The notes under the pieces were generated by a model. The model had not been told where the DNA came from. It made no database searches and was given only the letters and a program-made list of their open reading frames with translations. DNA of 64,000 nucleotides from Selaginella moellendorffii. Lineage: Eukaryota; Plantae; Lycopodiophyta. Below, piece after piece: positions 12,550-24,461 of the stretch; position 1 is the first letter of the stretch, and each line of letters starts with the position of its first letter. The stretch lies in the NCBI RefSeq assembly GCF_000143415.4, contig NW_003314295.1, forward strand, positions 682,019-746,018, in the 5' to 3' direction. Both the position numbers and the translations under genes were made by a program.

Positions 12550-15500
12550 TCAAGAACGAGTGGAACGAGGATGTGAACGAGAACGAAGAGGAGGATGAGA
12601 TGAGCGGCGAGGGATGGAAGATGGAGAAAAAGAATGAGAACTAGGACGAGAAGGATAGCGGCAGTGGAAGTCCTGAACAAGGTCAGGAGAATGAATCAGG
12701 TTGTCCGCAGGTTCCCAAGTGCGTTCCTCAGGTCTGTAACCCTTCCAGTCCACCAGATAGTAGAGTTTAGACCATGAAATCTTGGAATCAAGGATGTCCT
12801 GAACCTCGTACTTAGACCCATCCTCGAGCTGCACTGGTGGAGGCGGAGGAATGACCCGATTTGGAATAGGACTGGGAATATAAGGCTCAAGGAGAGAGGA
12901 GTGAAAAACGGGGTGAATTTGATATGAGGGAAGTGCAAGGCGATAAGTCACAGGATTAATGATGGCAGTGATAGGGAAAGGACCAAGACGTTTGAAATCG
13001 AGTTTTGGACAGGGCCTGGTGGTGGAGATATTTCGCCTGAGGAGCCAGACTTTATCCCCGATATTGTAAGGGGGACAATCCTGACGATGGACATTGGCAA
13101 ATGTTTTATGAGATTCCTGAGCACGATGGAGATGGAAGGAGATGGAGTTGTGGATTTCCTGGAGGTTGGAGATAAATGCCTCAGAGCGGGGATTTGAACG
13201 GGAGGATTCAGATGGAGAAGGAAGTGAAAGATTGAATCGGGGATTTCGGCCAGAGTTCGCAAAGAAGGGGGAAACTCGAAGAGAGGAGTGAACAGAGTTG
13301 TTATAGGAGAACTCAGCAAGGGGAAGGATATCGAACCAGTTATCCTGATGATAGTTGATGAAGCACCTCAAGAATTGTTCCAACGTCTGAATCGTTCGCT
13401 TGGACTGCCCATCAGTTTGAGGATGATATGCCGAAGAGAGGTTGGCCTTCACTCCAAGCAGCTGCAAAAACCGTTGCCAGAAATGAGAGATGAACTGAGG
13501 CCCCCGATCCGAAACCACATCTGTAGGAATCCCATGAAGTCGGAAAATTTCCCTGAATACCAGTTTTGCCATGTCCTCGCCCGAAAACTCCTTGGTACAT
13601 GGCAAGAAGTGCGCCATCTTTGTGAAGCAATTGAATTCGCAAGGACCTGAAGGGACCGGAAGGGAACGAAGCAAACCTGAGGGAAGGTGGCGAGGTACCT
13701 TATTCCGGGCACAAGTGTCACAGGAGGTAACAAAAGCTTTGATGTAGTCGTCCATGTGAGGCCACCAAAAGTCCCGTGCAACTAGCTCATAGGTTTTCGC
13801 AATGCCGAAGTGACCAGCAGTCGAGCTATCGTGGCACGCCATCAGGACTAACCTTCAAGCATCACCTTCAGGAACGTAAAGCTGCTCCCCACGGTACAAT
13901 AAGCCATCTAAGAACTCGAACTCGTCAAATCGCCGGCAGTCGGGAGTCACTGGGTGTCCAGCCTGAAGATGGGGGAAGATGTCGCTAGCGAGATCATCGG
14001 ATTGAAGATCATTTCTGATTGCATCCATCAAGGAGGAGTCCTGAGGGGCCAGGGAAATTGCCATAACTTGAAGCCGATCAGGACCGAGGATAACTTGATC
14101 CTGTTGATCGAAGGCAGGATTACCAGGCCTGAGACTAAGATAGGAGCGCCTTGAAAGAGCATCAGGAAGGCCTTGAAACTTTCCAGGTCTGTACTTGATA
14201 ACAAAGTCAAACCGACTTAGGAATTGTGCCCACCTTGCTTGACGACGGCTTAAAACTCGGGAAGTGGCAAAGTACTCGAGATTTTTGTGATCCGTTCAGA
14301 CTGTTGTTTGATGGCTCGCCCCCTCCAAGAAACGGCGCCACTCTCCAAAGGAATCCACGATGGCAAGGAGCTCCTTGTCGTGGATTTCGTAATTGATCTC
14401 CGCAGGCTGGAATTTCCGAGAATGGAAAGCGACCGGATGAAGTTCGTGATCCGCTCCGAGTTGAGACAGCACAGCACCAATGGCAAATTCGGAGGCGTCA
14501 GCCTCGATGAAGAAAGGTTGTGAGGAATCAGCATAGATCAAGACAGGAGCAAAACTGAAGGCCGCCTTGAGTGTGTCGAAGGCCTGCTGGGCAGCAGCAG
14601 ACCAAGAGAAGGGAACATCCTTGCGAGTGAGATGTGTGAGAGGAAGGACAATGCCAGAGTAGTGATCAATGAATTTGCGGTAGAAGTTGGCGAAGCTAAG
14701 GAAAACCTGAACGTCCGACATTGATTGTGGAGGCTTCCATTCAAGAATAGTCTTGACTTTGGCAGGATCCATCGTGATACCCTCAGGAGTGACAATGTAC
14801 CCAAGGAACTCCACAAACTGCTGATCAAAGGAACATTTCTCAAGCTTCGCATATAGGCCGTGTTCTCGCAGCTTCGCTAGCACCTTGCGTACATGTTCGT
14901 CATGCTCCTCCTGAGTTTTTGAGTAGATGAGGATGTCATCGAGGTAGACGATCACCATCTGATAAAGAAACTCCCGAAAGACGTCGTTCGCCATGTGTTG
15001 GAAAACTGCTGGAGCATTTGTCAAGCCAAATGGCATGACAATGTACTCGAAGTGGCCATAGCGGGTTTGGAACGCAGTCTTCCATTCATCACCAGGCCGG
15101 ATCCGGATCAGGTTGTATGCTCCACGGAGGTCGATCTTGGTGAAGAAGCGGGCACCGCCGAGGCGTTCCAATAGGTCCGAGATCAAGGGCAGCGGATAAC
15201 GGTTCCGAACAGTCACCTTGTTCAAACCTCGGTAGTCGATGACTAGCCGCAAGCTCCCATCCTTCTTCTTGACAAAGAAGACAGGCGCTCCAGCCGGGGA
15301 CTGCAAATGCTGAATGTAGCCCGAGGCAAGGTTCTCATCCACGTACTCTTTGAGGGCCTTAAGCTCGGATGGGGATAACCCGTAGATAGGCCCCCACGGA
15401 GGTGACGCTCCTTCCTGTAAATCAATGGGACAATCATAAGGTCGATGAATAGGCAGTACATTAGCTTTTTTCTTGTCAAACACATCCCCAAAATCATGAT

Positions 15501-16240
15501 ACTTCTCAGGAAGACTGACAGGAGAAACATGCAAAGCAAAAAGAAAAAGAGGTTCTTCATGAAGGAGTTCTTTCATAGTGATTGTGGAGATAGGAGGAGG
15601 CGTACGACTAAATGGAATGATGAGACGAGGATATGGTCCAGTGTAAGATGGAAGAGAGGAAAAAGAAGAGGGTGAAAACTTTATAGAGTCAGGAACAGAA
15701 CCCCGATTTGAGTTTAGGGAACTGTTCCTGATTCGGATTCGATGAACAGCAGGGGAAGCCGTGGGAGAGATGAGCTGTAATTCCTTCCAACGAATCTGAG
15801 GCTGATGTAGTTGGAACCAAGGAAGACCGAGCACCACAGAGGAGGACTTGCTGTTGATGATGTTGAAGGCAATATCGGTGACGGTGGACTCGATGTGTAC
15901 TCGAACGGGCAACGTTTCCCTAAGTCCAGAAGATGGAGACACAAAATGTCCGCCGATGCCTTCAACCCTCAAATCCCGTATGGTAGGAGAAAGAGGAACG
16001 TGATGTCGGGCAGCAAAGTTCGTGTCCATGAAGCAGGAAGTTGCACCCGAGTCCAGTAACGCCAGAGCCTTGAGTCCTGATTGTCCGGTGAAAGAAAGGA
16101 GACATGGGACACGGAAGTTGCGGGAATTGGTGGTGGCTTTGATGAAAGGTGGTGAGGAGCTTGATAAAGAAGAAAAGTGATTTTTATTCGGGGAGTCCAA
16201 ACAGACAGCTCCTACTCTGTTTGGACAGGGTCGTTTTCCG
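12550..16240 (-). pseudogene. pol: Chromovirus Pol (protease, RT, RNase H, integrase, chromodomain), disrupted
   Basis: ALLDSGATSCF; GAPVFFVKKKDGSLRLVIDY; VYLDDILIYS; IEADASEFAIG; VSDRGPQF; chromodomain YEVQDILDS..YLVDWKGY..ERTWEP. Reading frame broken near 14.3 kb and 13.85 kb; an in-frame deletion at PSGPCEFNCFTK removes the segment holding the first integrase Asp. Confidence 0.9.
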
Positions 16241-17183
16241 ACTGCAATAGAGGTGGACTTTGAGGCAGAGTGAACTCGAGCAGTCGAGGAGGCTTCTTGG
16301 GACATACAGCTGCTTTGTGATTAGGATCAGCACAATAGAGGCAAAGATTATGAGATATTCGACGTTGCTTCTCGGCAGGACTCAACTTCCCTCTAATGAG
16401 TCGGGGAGTACCAGAAATATCCATCGGAACCGGAGCAGTAGGTTCAGGAGTATGCCCCGAAGACTCAAGCTGGGATTCCTGAGTCTGGGACGGAAAAACA
16501 GCGGCACGGCGACTTTCCTGACGACATTCAAAGAGACGATTGTCACATCGAACAGCTTTGTTGATGGCATCCGACAGGTCCTTGGGATCCTCCATGGTGA
16601 GCAACAAATCCTTGACACCGTTGTTGAGGCCGAAACGAAATTGGTCAATCAGGGCCCGCTCATCCCACTGAGTGTCCAAAGCAAGGAGTTGGAATTCTGT
16701 AGCGTAAATCGAGGTAGGATGAGACCCCTGAGAGAGACGTCTCATTTTTGTGGTAGCAGCCCGAACCCGATCCGTCTCGCCAAAACATGCTTCGAGCTTC
16801 TCTTTGAACAATTGAAGATCCATTAGCTCCGGAACCACGACCCCTTTCATGCTCTTCTCCAGAAGAGGAGAAAACCATGACAAGGCTGCACCCTCGAGCA
16901 ACGTCCCAATTGCGCCGATTTGAGATTCGGGAGTGGGGTACCGCCGATGTTGAAGTGCAAAGATCAGCTCCATTTGGTTCAAAAATCCACGAAGCTCCGA
17001 ACGCTTGTCTGAGAATTTCGCCGGGAAACTCACCTTCGGTTCAGGAACTTTGTTGGATCCTTGAGCCGAAAGTGAAGCAAGCTCCTGCTGCATGCGAAGA
17101 AGGGTCGCCTTCAGCTCGGTATTCTCAGACTGGATTTTTGCAAGGACTTCGGCAAAGAAATCAGGATGGCTTGGAGACTCCAT
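16212..17183 (-). CDS. gag: Chromovirus Gag with CCHC zinc knuckle
   Basis: PEPKVSFPAKFS, LLEGAALSWF, FRFGLNNGVKD, PVPMDI, CLYCADPNHKAAVC. Confidence 0.9.
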   Translation of the reverse strand: MESPSHPDFFAEVLAKIQSENTELKATLLRMQQELASLSAQGSNKVPEPKVSFPAKFSDKRSELRGFLNQMELIFALQHRRYPTPESQIGAIGTLLEGAALSWFSPLLEKSMKGVVVPELMDLQLFKEKLEACFGETDRVRAATTKMRRLSQGSHPTSIYATEFQLLALDTQWDERALIDQFRFGLNNGVKDLLLTMEDPKDLSDAINKAVRCDNRLFECRQESRRAAVFPSQTQESQLESSGHTPEPTAPVPMDISGTPRLIRGKLSPAEKQRRISHNLCLYCADPNHKAAVCPKKPPRLLEFTLPQSPPLLQSENDPVQTE

Positions 17184-20100
17184 TGGCAAGAAGAAAGAAA
17201 AGAAAGGGGGAAAAAGACAAAGGCAATCAAAGAATCAAAGCGAGCTAAAAGAAAAGCAAAAACCACAATCTAAATCAAATTGTCAAGACCCCCAACAAGA
17301 TCAAGACTGGAAAATGCTAAAGACAAAGAGAAAAAGCTAGTGAAAACAAAGAAGAAGCCTTAAACTGGTGTTGATTCAGATTGAGGGATTTATTGTTGAG
17401 CCTTCAAAGAAATATATATTCTTGCTATCAAAAATGTATTTCTTAATTACACACTTAAGTTATCCACCACAATGTATTAAAGATATAGATTTGTTGAAAT
17501 GCTACACTAATTATATGGATTAAGATGCATCTCCATACCCCTCTTCCTATTTGATGAATTGGCTAGTGGAAATTCAAAGAATATATTCTTATTGTAGGAA
17601 AACAGAAGTTCCTCACCTCTCATGTACTCAAATTCCTTTAATTCTAACCATAATGATTTAGCAAAAATGCCTTATTTGATACTTCAAAAATTAGTCCAAA
17701 AGAAACACACCTTCTTGTTTGGGAAGTTATATTTATTATATTTGAAAATTCATCTTCTTCATTTTCGTCACTGGAAAGAATAACAACTTCCTCCTTCACT
17801 CCATAATTGGCTATGACATAGGGCTCTCCTCTCCTTTCTTCAAAAATCTTGTAACTAAAATCTCTTGACTTGTACATTTATTAAAATCCCATTGAATCCA
17901 TATCATTGTCGAGAAGGATGGATTTTTCTTTTTCTAAACTAATTGATCCCAATTTCAGCTTAAATCTGTTACAAAAGAAGTTCTCTTTTATAACACTCTT
18001 AGAGAGAATAATAAAGGCTCTTAATCAATCTTTAAGTAAAATTCTCTCATATCTTCTCCTTTTTTGAGCATTTAAGGTAAAATTTAGGGAGAAATTAACA
18101 AAAAAGAACAAAAATATTTTTCTATATTGTGAGTTTTAATTGGTTATATCCTTGTAAAGAACAAGTTATATTTTAACAAAATATACAACCATTTAGAATC
18201 TAGAGATATATGAAAATTTTAAAGAGCCACCCATATTAATTGTGTAATTGATTGTGAAAGGAATAATACTATTGAAATGAATAAAGTTATAAATGAGAGG
18301 CATTGATCAATTAAAAGAGTTGTAACACTGATAGTTTATTCTCCTTCTCATCTCCATGCTCTCTTCCTAGCAAGAAAGTTTCATTCTTTTATGAGAACTG
18401 AAAGTTAGATTTGCAGAAGTTGATTCATGTGTGGTTTTTTCAGTCACTTGAGAATGGTGATTTATGTTACACCTTCTTCTCTAAAGCTCTAGTATTGGAA
18501 TGGAAGGAATGATATTATGATTTCGATGTGTAAAATGCCCAATTGTAGATGTTAAGTATGCAACTCTTCTATTACAAATGTAATTGCAGGTATTAATAAT
18601 TATCTTTTAGAAGTTTTTCTCTTACTACTATGATAGTAGGAGGTTAGTATTGTTAGTTCTTTTTATCAATCTTTACTCAAGCTAGTTGAGAAACTAGTCT
18701 TTATGTGTATATTTGACCAAAAGAGTATAAGAATGGAATTCCTTAGTGCTATTAGTTAAATATACTTAACATGATTAGAGAAATTCATTTGCTAGCTTGC
18801 ACTTACTAGTATTGAGAACCTTTATGATATTAAGTTAGTTTTTCAAAATTCACTGTATGATACCTTATCATGTCCACCAGACACCCTCACTATCATGCCC
18901 TTGTTGAACTTTATCCTAGAGACTATCTTATGGGATTTAAATCATGCTTTATGGGGGGGGGTGTTCAAATATAAATGGGTGAATTGAATATGCCAACCAA
19001 TTTAAGATGTTTGGCTCTTCATTGGGTATATCTATTTTTGTTTTGCATCTGACTTAGGTTTTAGCTCCAAGTTTAATACTATACTAGCTGGTTGAATACT
19101 TATATCTTCATGTTAAGCCATCAATATATTGAAGTAGTGCTAGACTCTATTTTACATGTTAATCTTAGCATTAAAATGCTAAAAGCTCTAAGAGTATTCT
19201 AGTGTTGTGTCTACTTTTTTTTCTTCACTCCTTAGATATACACTTTAACCCTTTAGTTAATAGCCTAAAGCATTGAAATTAGTGTCTTGCTCTATTACCC
19301 TTTGCACTTGTGTCCAAGGGTTAGGTTTTTCTCTATGGTTGTCCTACAATAATATACTATAGAGTAAAGGGTAAAAACTGCATACATTACATCAATTTTT
19401 TTGTTGAATTGCTTCTAGAGTGCCATGATTCTTAGCCCCTTAATCCCTTTATTGCACTCTCACAGGATTCTAGAGCATTCTCTAGACGTGTGTAGCAGCA
19501 TCATGGGTGAAAGAGTGAAGGTGAGCACCAAAATCAATGTGTTGATATCTATGCTTGAGAAAATAAGTGATGTGAAATCAATTAAGCTGATAATGTTTCT
19601 TAGTTCCCTACAATGCTCAAGCTCATCAAAAGGCCACTCCAAAAGCTAGTTTAGCTCAAGGTCGACATGCAATGGCTCACTAACTATTCTTCTTAGCCTC
19701 AAGATCACTAGAGTGTGATGGCATCCAAAATGTTTTTGGGATGGATCTTTGGTGGAATCTCTAGGCCATGGCTCAAGTTCACACTTGAAGTAATTCCAAG
19801 ACTTAAAGTTCATGTTTCTTCAATCTCTTAGGAAATGGCTAGATAATTTGATTTTCTATATATGCAAACCCAAGCTCCAAACAAAGTGATAGTGAGATGC
19901 TTGTAAAATTGTCCACATAAATACATGTACTGAATGCAAAAAAAGTAGAGCTGGCTGTGATTCACTTGGGATCATTGTCGACCTTCCACTTTCTTACTTT
20001 AATCAGCTAGATTACTTTAATCAGCTGCTTAATTTAGGACCTCTATGGCAGCCAGCAATAACAAATTGAGTAAATTCCAGGTGATCTAGAAATAGTGATC

Positions 20101-20652
20101 CCAATGAAAGTCTTAGTTAAAAGATCCTTCAATTGCAAAGTTGATCAAATAGCAAACATAACCTCAACAAACCTCTAGAAATGACATGAACTACCCAGCA
20201 TCACCTGGGCAATTATTAGTTAAAAAATGAAACTCCCAATTCATTTTGCAAATATATGATTTTACGTTGTAGTCCTTAAAGATTTTACACAATGATATCA
20301 TAGCCTTCTACTATGCAAAACTAGCTTAGCTTCTATCCTCTAAGTTGGAACTGTTGATCTTACTCTTCCATTGTTTACTTTAGCTGCCACAATGGATCTT
20401 ATGAATGGAAGCCATAAAGTTGGTAGTGTAGAAGTTTAAGAATTTTACTTCTCATTTGTTTGAGTTTTCTTGTGGAGAGAAAAAATAAAAGGAAAAAGAA
20501 GGTCAAGAGCTACCTAGAGACCAAGTGGTCATGGGAAGGTAGGCAGCACCATTTTCAAAATGACTTTTTTTGGTTCACCGATTCAATCTAGCTTTAGAAA
20601 TTAATGTATTTGCATGTTTCTCATTTACAGTCTAGATTTTGTTTCCTATATA

Positions 20653-22887
20653 TCACCAATAATCGTTACACGAACACATGCCATTCTGAAAGTGATGGAA
20701 CCGGTTTGTGTCCCGGACCAAGATCTCTCGCCCAGTGACCTTGGAGATGACCTTGGTAGCGGCATGGCAGTCCGAGCACACCCGCAAGTTTTTGACGATC
20801 CGCAGCGGAGCGCCTGGAGGGGTGCTAATGAGCCCAAATGCAATAGCCAGCTTCTCGCTGTGGTACCAAAGCAAGTTCTCCTTCTCGTCCTCCTCGACAT
20901 CCTGGAGCACCACTTTGGTGTCTTGGAAGTACCCTGCTTCCTTCATTTGCCTGCCCAGCCGCTGGATCTCCGCGTAAATTTCGTCTCTCTGCGGATGCAT
21001 CTTGTCTCCGGCAATGAACTCGTGCACTCGATCCAAGACCTCTATCCAACTGCATCCAGGCTTCTTTTTTATTCCCCGCTCCTCCATAAGCTTCCGGATC
21101 CTGGCCGCGTCCTTGGGCCGTTTAGCCGCCGAGTAGATGTTGGCAAGCGTGATGTATGGAGACGAATTCTCGGGGTCGAGCTCGAAGACCACCTCGGCAG
21201 CGGCCTCTCCTCTCTCCACATCCGTGTAGAGCTTGCAAGCGCTGAGCATCGTCATGTAGAGCAGCGGCCCCGGATGGAATGGCATGAGCCGGAGCAAATC
21301 CTCGGCATCGCGGAGCTTCCCAGCCCGGCCAAGAACGTCCACCATGCACGCGTAGTGCTCCAGCGTCGGCTCAACCTGAGTGTCTCCAACAATCGACCGA
21401 AAGAAATCCCCCGAGGCCTCCACCACCCCCGAGTTGCTGCACGCGAAGAGAACGCTGATGAAGATGATGTCGTCGGGGAGAGTTCCTTCGCTAAGCATCC
21501 GGTGGTAAAGCTCCATCGCCTCGTCCACGCGACCGCGCTGAGCAAAAGCCGAGATCATCGACGACCACGAGATCACGTCCCTCCTCCTCATGCCGTCAAA
21601 CACGATCTTGGCATCGCCCAGTGCGCCACACCTCCCGTAGAAGTTCACCAGGGCATTGCTCACGACCAAGTCCGTGTCAAAGCCCCTCTCGGCGACGGCG
21701 GCGTGGATCTTCCTCCCTTCCGCGAGAGCTCCCAGAAACGAGCAAGCATCGAGCAGGGTGATGAACGTCACCCGGTTTGGAGTCATCCCCTTCCTCGCGG
21801 AGCCCATCTCCCGGTAGAGCTCCAGCGCCATCCTCGCATGTCCGTTCTGGGCATACGCGGCAAGCATCGCACTCCAGGACACGACGTTGGGCCGAGAGAT
21901 CTTCTCAAACGCTGCTCGGGCCTCCTCCACGCTCTGGCATTTGCCATACATGTTCACCAGCGCAGTGCCGACGATCACATCGCCCTCCAAACCGGCACCC
22001 GCAACTCGAGAGTGGACTCTTCTCCCCTCTTCCAGCGATCCTGGAGTGGTCAAACCACTGAGCACTGTCACATACGTCACCTTGTTCCTCTCCACGCCTT
22101 GGGTCTCCATCTCTGTGTAGAGCTCCACCGCCTGGGCTGGATGCCCGTTTTGGGCATATGCCGCGATCATCGAGTTCCAGGCCACCGGATCTCTCTTGTT
22201 CGCCTTTGTGAAAAGCTCTCGCGCTTGATCGAGCCGCTTGCACTTGCCATACATGTTGATCAGCGCCGAGACGATGACGTGATCCCGGTCGTAGCCCTGG
22301 GACGAGATCCTTGCGTGGAGCAGCTTGCCAGCCCCGAGATTTCCAGAGATCGAGCAGGCGCCGAGGACATTGAGAAGCGTGATCTCGTCCGGATGGATGC
22401 CCTCGCAGTCCATGGCCCGGAACGCGGCGATGGCCTCGCTGCCGCAGCCATTCTGCGCGTAGGCGCCGATCAGGATGGTCCAGGAGAAGAGATTCTGGGC
22501 GAGGAGATTGTCGAAGACCGCTCGCGCGTCGACGACGCTGCCGCATCTGCCATACATCTGGATCAAGAAGCTGCCCACGTACCGATCCCTGTCCAGGCCG
22601 CAGCTCGCCGCGATCGAGTGGACGCGCCGGCCCTCCGCGATCGCCGCCGCATTGCCGCATTCCTTGAGCAGGTCGGAGAAAAGCCCGCGCTCGCTGGCCA
22701 GGCCAGGATTTCGGGCAAGATCCTCGATCGCCTGCCTCAACCTGTTCCGCCCCTCTGGATCGCCGTCTTGGATGTGATCTTTGGAAAACCTGTGCCTCGC
22801 AGAGAGGCTCGTTGGCCGACTCTCCTGAAGCTCTTGGTGGTGCCTACCCGGGAATTCCAAAAACAGGGTGGAACCGAGCACAAGCAT
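20653..22887 (-). CDS. PLS-class PPR protein with E and DYW deaminase domains (organellar C-to-U editing factor)
   Basis: PLS repeats (LINMYGKC...SWSAMLAAYAQNG), PG box PGCSWIEV, HSEKLAIAFG, CSDCH, C-terminal NDYW. Confidence 0.96.
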   Translation of the reverse strand: MLVLGSTLFLEFPGRHHQELQESRPTSLSARHRFSKDHIQDGDPEGRNRLRQAIEDLARNPGLASERGLFSDLLKECGNAAAIAEGRRVHSIAASCGLDRDRYVGSFLIQMYGRCGSVVDARAVFDNLLAQNLFSWTILIGAYAQNGCGSEAIAAFRAMDCEGIHPDEITLLNVLGACSISGNLGAGKLLHARISSQGYDRDHVIVSALINMYGKCKRLDQARELFTKANKRDPVAWNSMIAAYAQNGHPAQAVELYTEMETQGVERNKVTYVTVLSGLTTPGSLEEGRRVHSRVAGAGLEGDVIVGTALVNMYGKCQSVEEARAAFEKISRPNVVSWSAMLAAYAQNGHARMALELYREMGSARKGMTPNRVTFITLLDACSFLGALAEGRKIHAAVAERGFDTDLVVSNALVNFYGRCGALGDAKIVFDGMRRRDVISWSSMISAFAQRGRVDEAMELYHRMLSEGTLPDDIIFISVLFACSNSGVVEASGDFFRSIVGDTQVEPTLEHYACMVDVLGRAGKLRDAEDLLRLMPFHPGPLLYMTMLSACKLYTDVERGEAAAEVVFELDPENSSPYITLANIYSAAKRPKDAARIRKLMEERGIKKKPGCSWIEVLDRVHEFIAGDKMHPQRDEIYAEIQRLGRQMKEAGYFQDTKVVLQDVEEDEKENLLWYHSEKLAIAFGLISTPPGAPLRIVKNLRVCSDCHAATKVISKVTGREILVRDTNRFHHFQNGMCSCNDYW

Positions 22888-23167
22888 ATTCTGCCCTAGA
22901 TTCTCGATCTAGTTTTGTCAAACAAAGTGTTATAGAAATTCCTGAGTGGACTGACTGATCATGACTGAAAGTTGCCAATGGAGAATGACTTGGATCAACT
23001 TCTAATCAACTCACAGACTCTACCAGCGCACTGAGCCTACCTATAAAATAACTAAAAGAGAGTGTACTCATAGAACAAAAGAAAAAGAGAGTCTAGAGAG
23101 AGCCTAGAGAGTTTAGAGAGAGTCTAGAGAGAGAGAGAGAGAGCGCTTTAACTGATTTTGATCTTCA

Positions 23168-23716
23168 ATGCTGCGCCTCAGCATCCATGGCGCTCTGGCA
23201 GCAGCAGCGACAATCTCTTGTTTCTCTTGCTTGATCTGCGCAGCAGGAGTGGAGCGCGATGGATCCAGCACCACCAGGCTCCACTTCTTCATGCACGACA
23301 TGGTAAATCTCCAGAACCCAGCCAACGCCACCACCGCGCTCGTCGCCGGCCCAAAGAACAACCTCGCCACATTGGCATCGCTGGGATCCGTGATGGTGAT
23401 CGACGACAAGCTCACCGAGGGGCCATCCCCGGACTCGCCCCTCGTCGGCCGAGCACAGGGCTTCTACATGAGCGACTCGGCCTCCATCTCCAGCCTGGGC
23501 CTCTTCATCACATTCACGGCGGTGCTCAACAACGGGACCATCAGCTTGCACGGGCAGGACAATGTTCTGGACCGGGAGCGCGAGATCGCCGTCATCGGTG
23601 GCACCGGCGCGTTTAGATCCGCCGCGGGCTACGCGATCATCTCCACCAACAAGATGATCCCGCCGCTGTCTGTCATCCTCGATGTGCAGGTGTTCTTGAG
23701 GTTGCGGGCCTCGTAA
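23168..23716 (+). CDS. Dirigent (DIR) family protein
   Basis: Hydrophobic N-terminus; LHFFMHD, GSVMVIDDKLTEGP, VGRAQGFY, REIAVIGGTGAFRSAAGYA; TATAAA at ~23042. Confidence 0.95.
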   Translation: MLRLSIHGALAAAATISCFSCLICAAGVERDGSSTTRLHFFMHDMVNLQNPANATTALVAGPKNNLATLASLGSVMVIDDKLTEGPSPDSPLVGRAQGFYMSDSASISSLGLFITFTAVLNNGTISLHGQDNVLDREREIAVIGGTGAFRSAAGYAIISTNKMIPPLSVILDVQVFLRLRAS

Positions 23717-23892
23717 TTTCTTCTTTGCCAGGCTCGGGTAGTCAAGATCCTTGCCACCGTCAAAACGGAAAGGAAAAATAAAAAAAAGTTACTTTACAGC
23801 GTTCTCCAGTGTGAAGTCTTTGGAATCAAGACCACCTAACGTTGGATCTGTTTCTTCTCTTTGCAAGTTCACTACTTTCTACACGAGAAAGT

Positions 23893-23988
23893 CCTTGCCA
23901 CCATGGCCCACTAATTGGCCACTTCCATCTCCTCCGAGCATTGTATGGCTTCATTTTCTCAGCATTCAGTAGTAATCTAGGCAAAAGT
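23893..23988 (+). pseudogene. Heavily deleted 5' fragment of a cytochrome P450 like the adjacent gene
   Basis: ccactaattggccacttccatctcct (PLIGHFHL) at 23908-23933 matches ccactaatcggccacctccatctcct in the P450 at ~24567. Confidence 0.55.
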
Positions 23989-24461
23989 GATTAACATTCA
24001 ATGCAGGTGTACCACTCTGAAATGACCTAAGGATGTTGTCAGCACGAACACAATCAGCGATGCAAATCAACCGACCAGTCTATCTTTAAAATCCTTCTCG
24101 TTATAAAGGAACGTGAAAGAAAAACGTTCCGTAAGCAACAGTCTTGGAGATCACCGAGGGAAAAAGAAGCGCCTCTTTCACCTGAAACATAGAGCCCAGA
24201 GCTATGCTGTAAATGTTTCGCGATTCCTACCTTGGACGCTGCGCAAATGCCATGCTCAAACTGTGTCATATAACAGCTTGTCCTCTGCACGAAAGTCATT
24301 GGTGTCAATTGCGATGTCACCTTTATAGAATCGTGGCCCACTCGATATGGATGTTTGATGTTTGTCTTGCAATGCCTTTCCAAAATGCGATCGGCCTGCC
24401 TTCCCAAATATAATTGCCATCCCGGGACCTCCGTCCAAATTCCCTCCTTTGCTTCCATTCG

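Larger units (their letters stand above)
12126..17386 (-). mobile_element. Ty3/gypsy chromovirus, Tcn1/Tf1-sushi-like, defective
   Basis: Complete 3' LTR 12126-12538 (tgtca...tgaca); PPT gaggagggggtgc on the minus strand at ~12539-12551; 5' LTR reduced to 17281-~17386; gag, PR, RT, RH, IN and chromodomain present. Confidence 0.95.

Noticed and set aside
17400-20600. Possible LINE or other TE relics in AT-rich DNA
   Set aside because: Only isolated motif-like words; no sustained frame or termini.
20614-22899. 761-aa plus-strand ORF
   Set aside because: Antisense shadow of the GC-rich DYW PPR gene; no motifs of its own.
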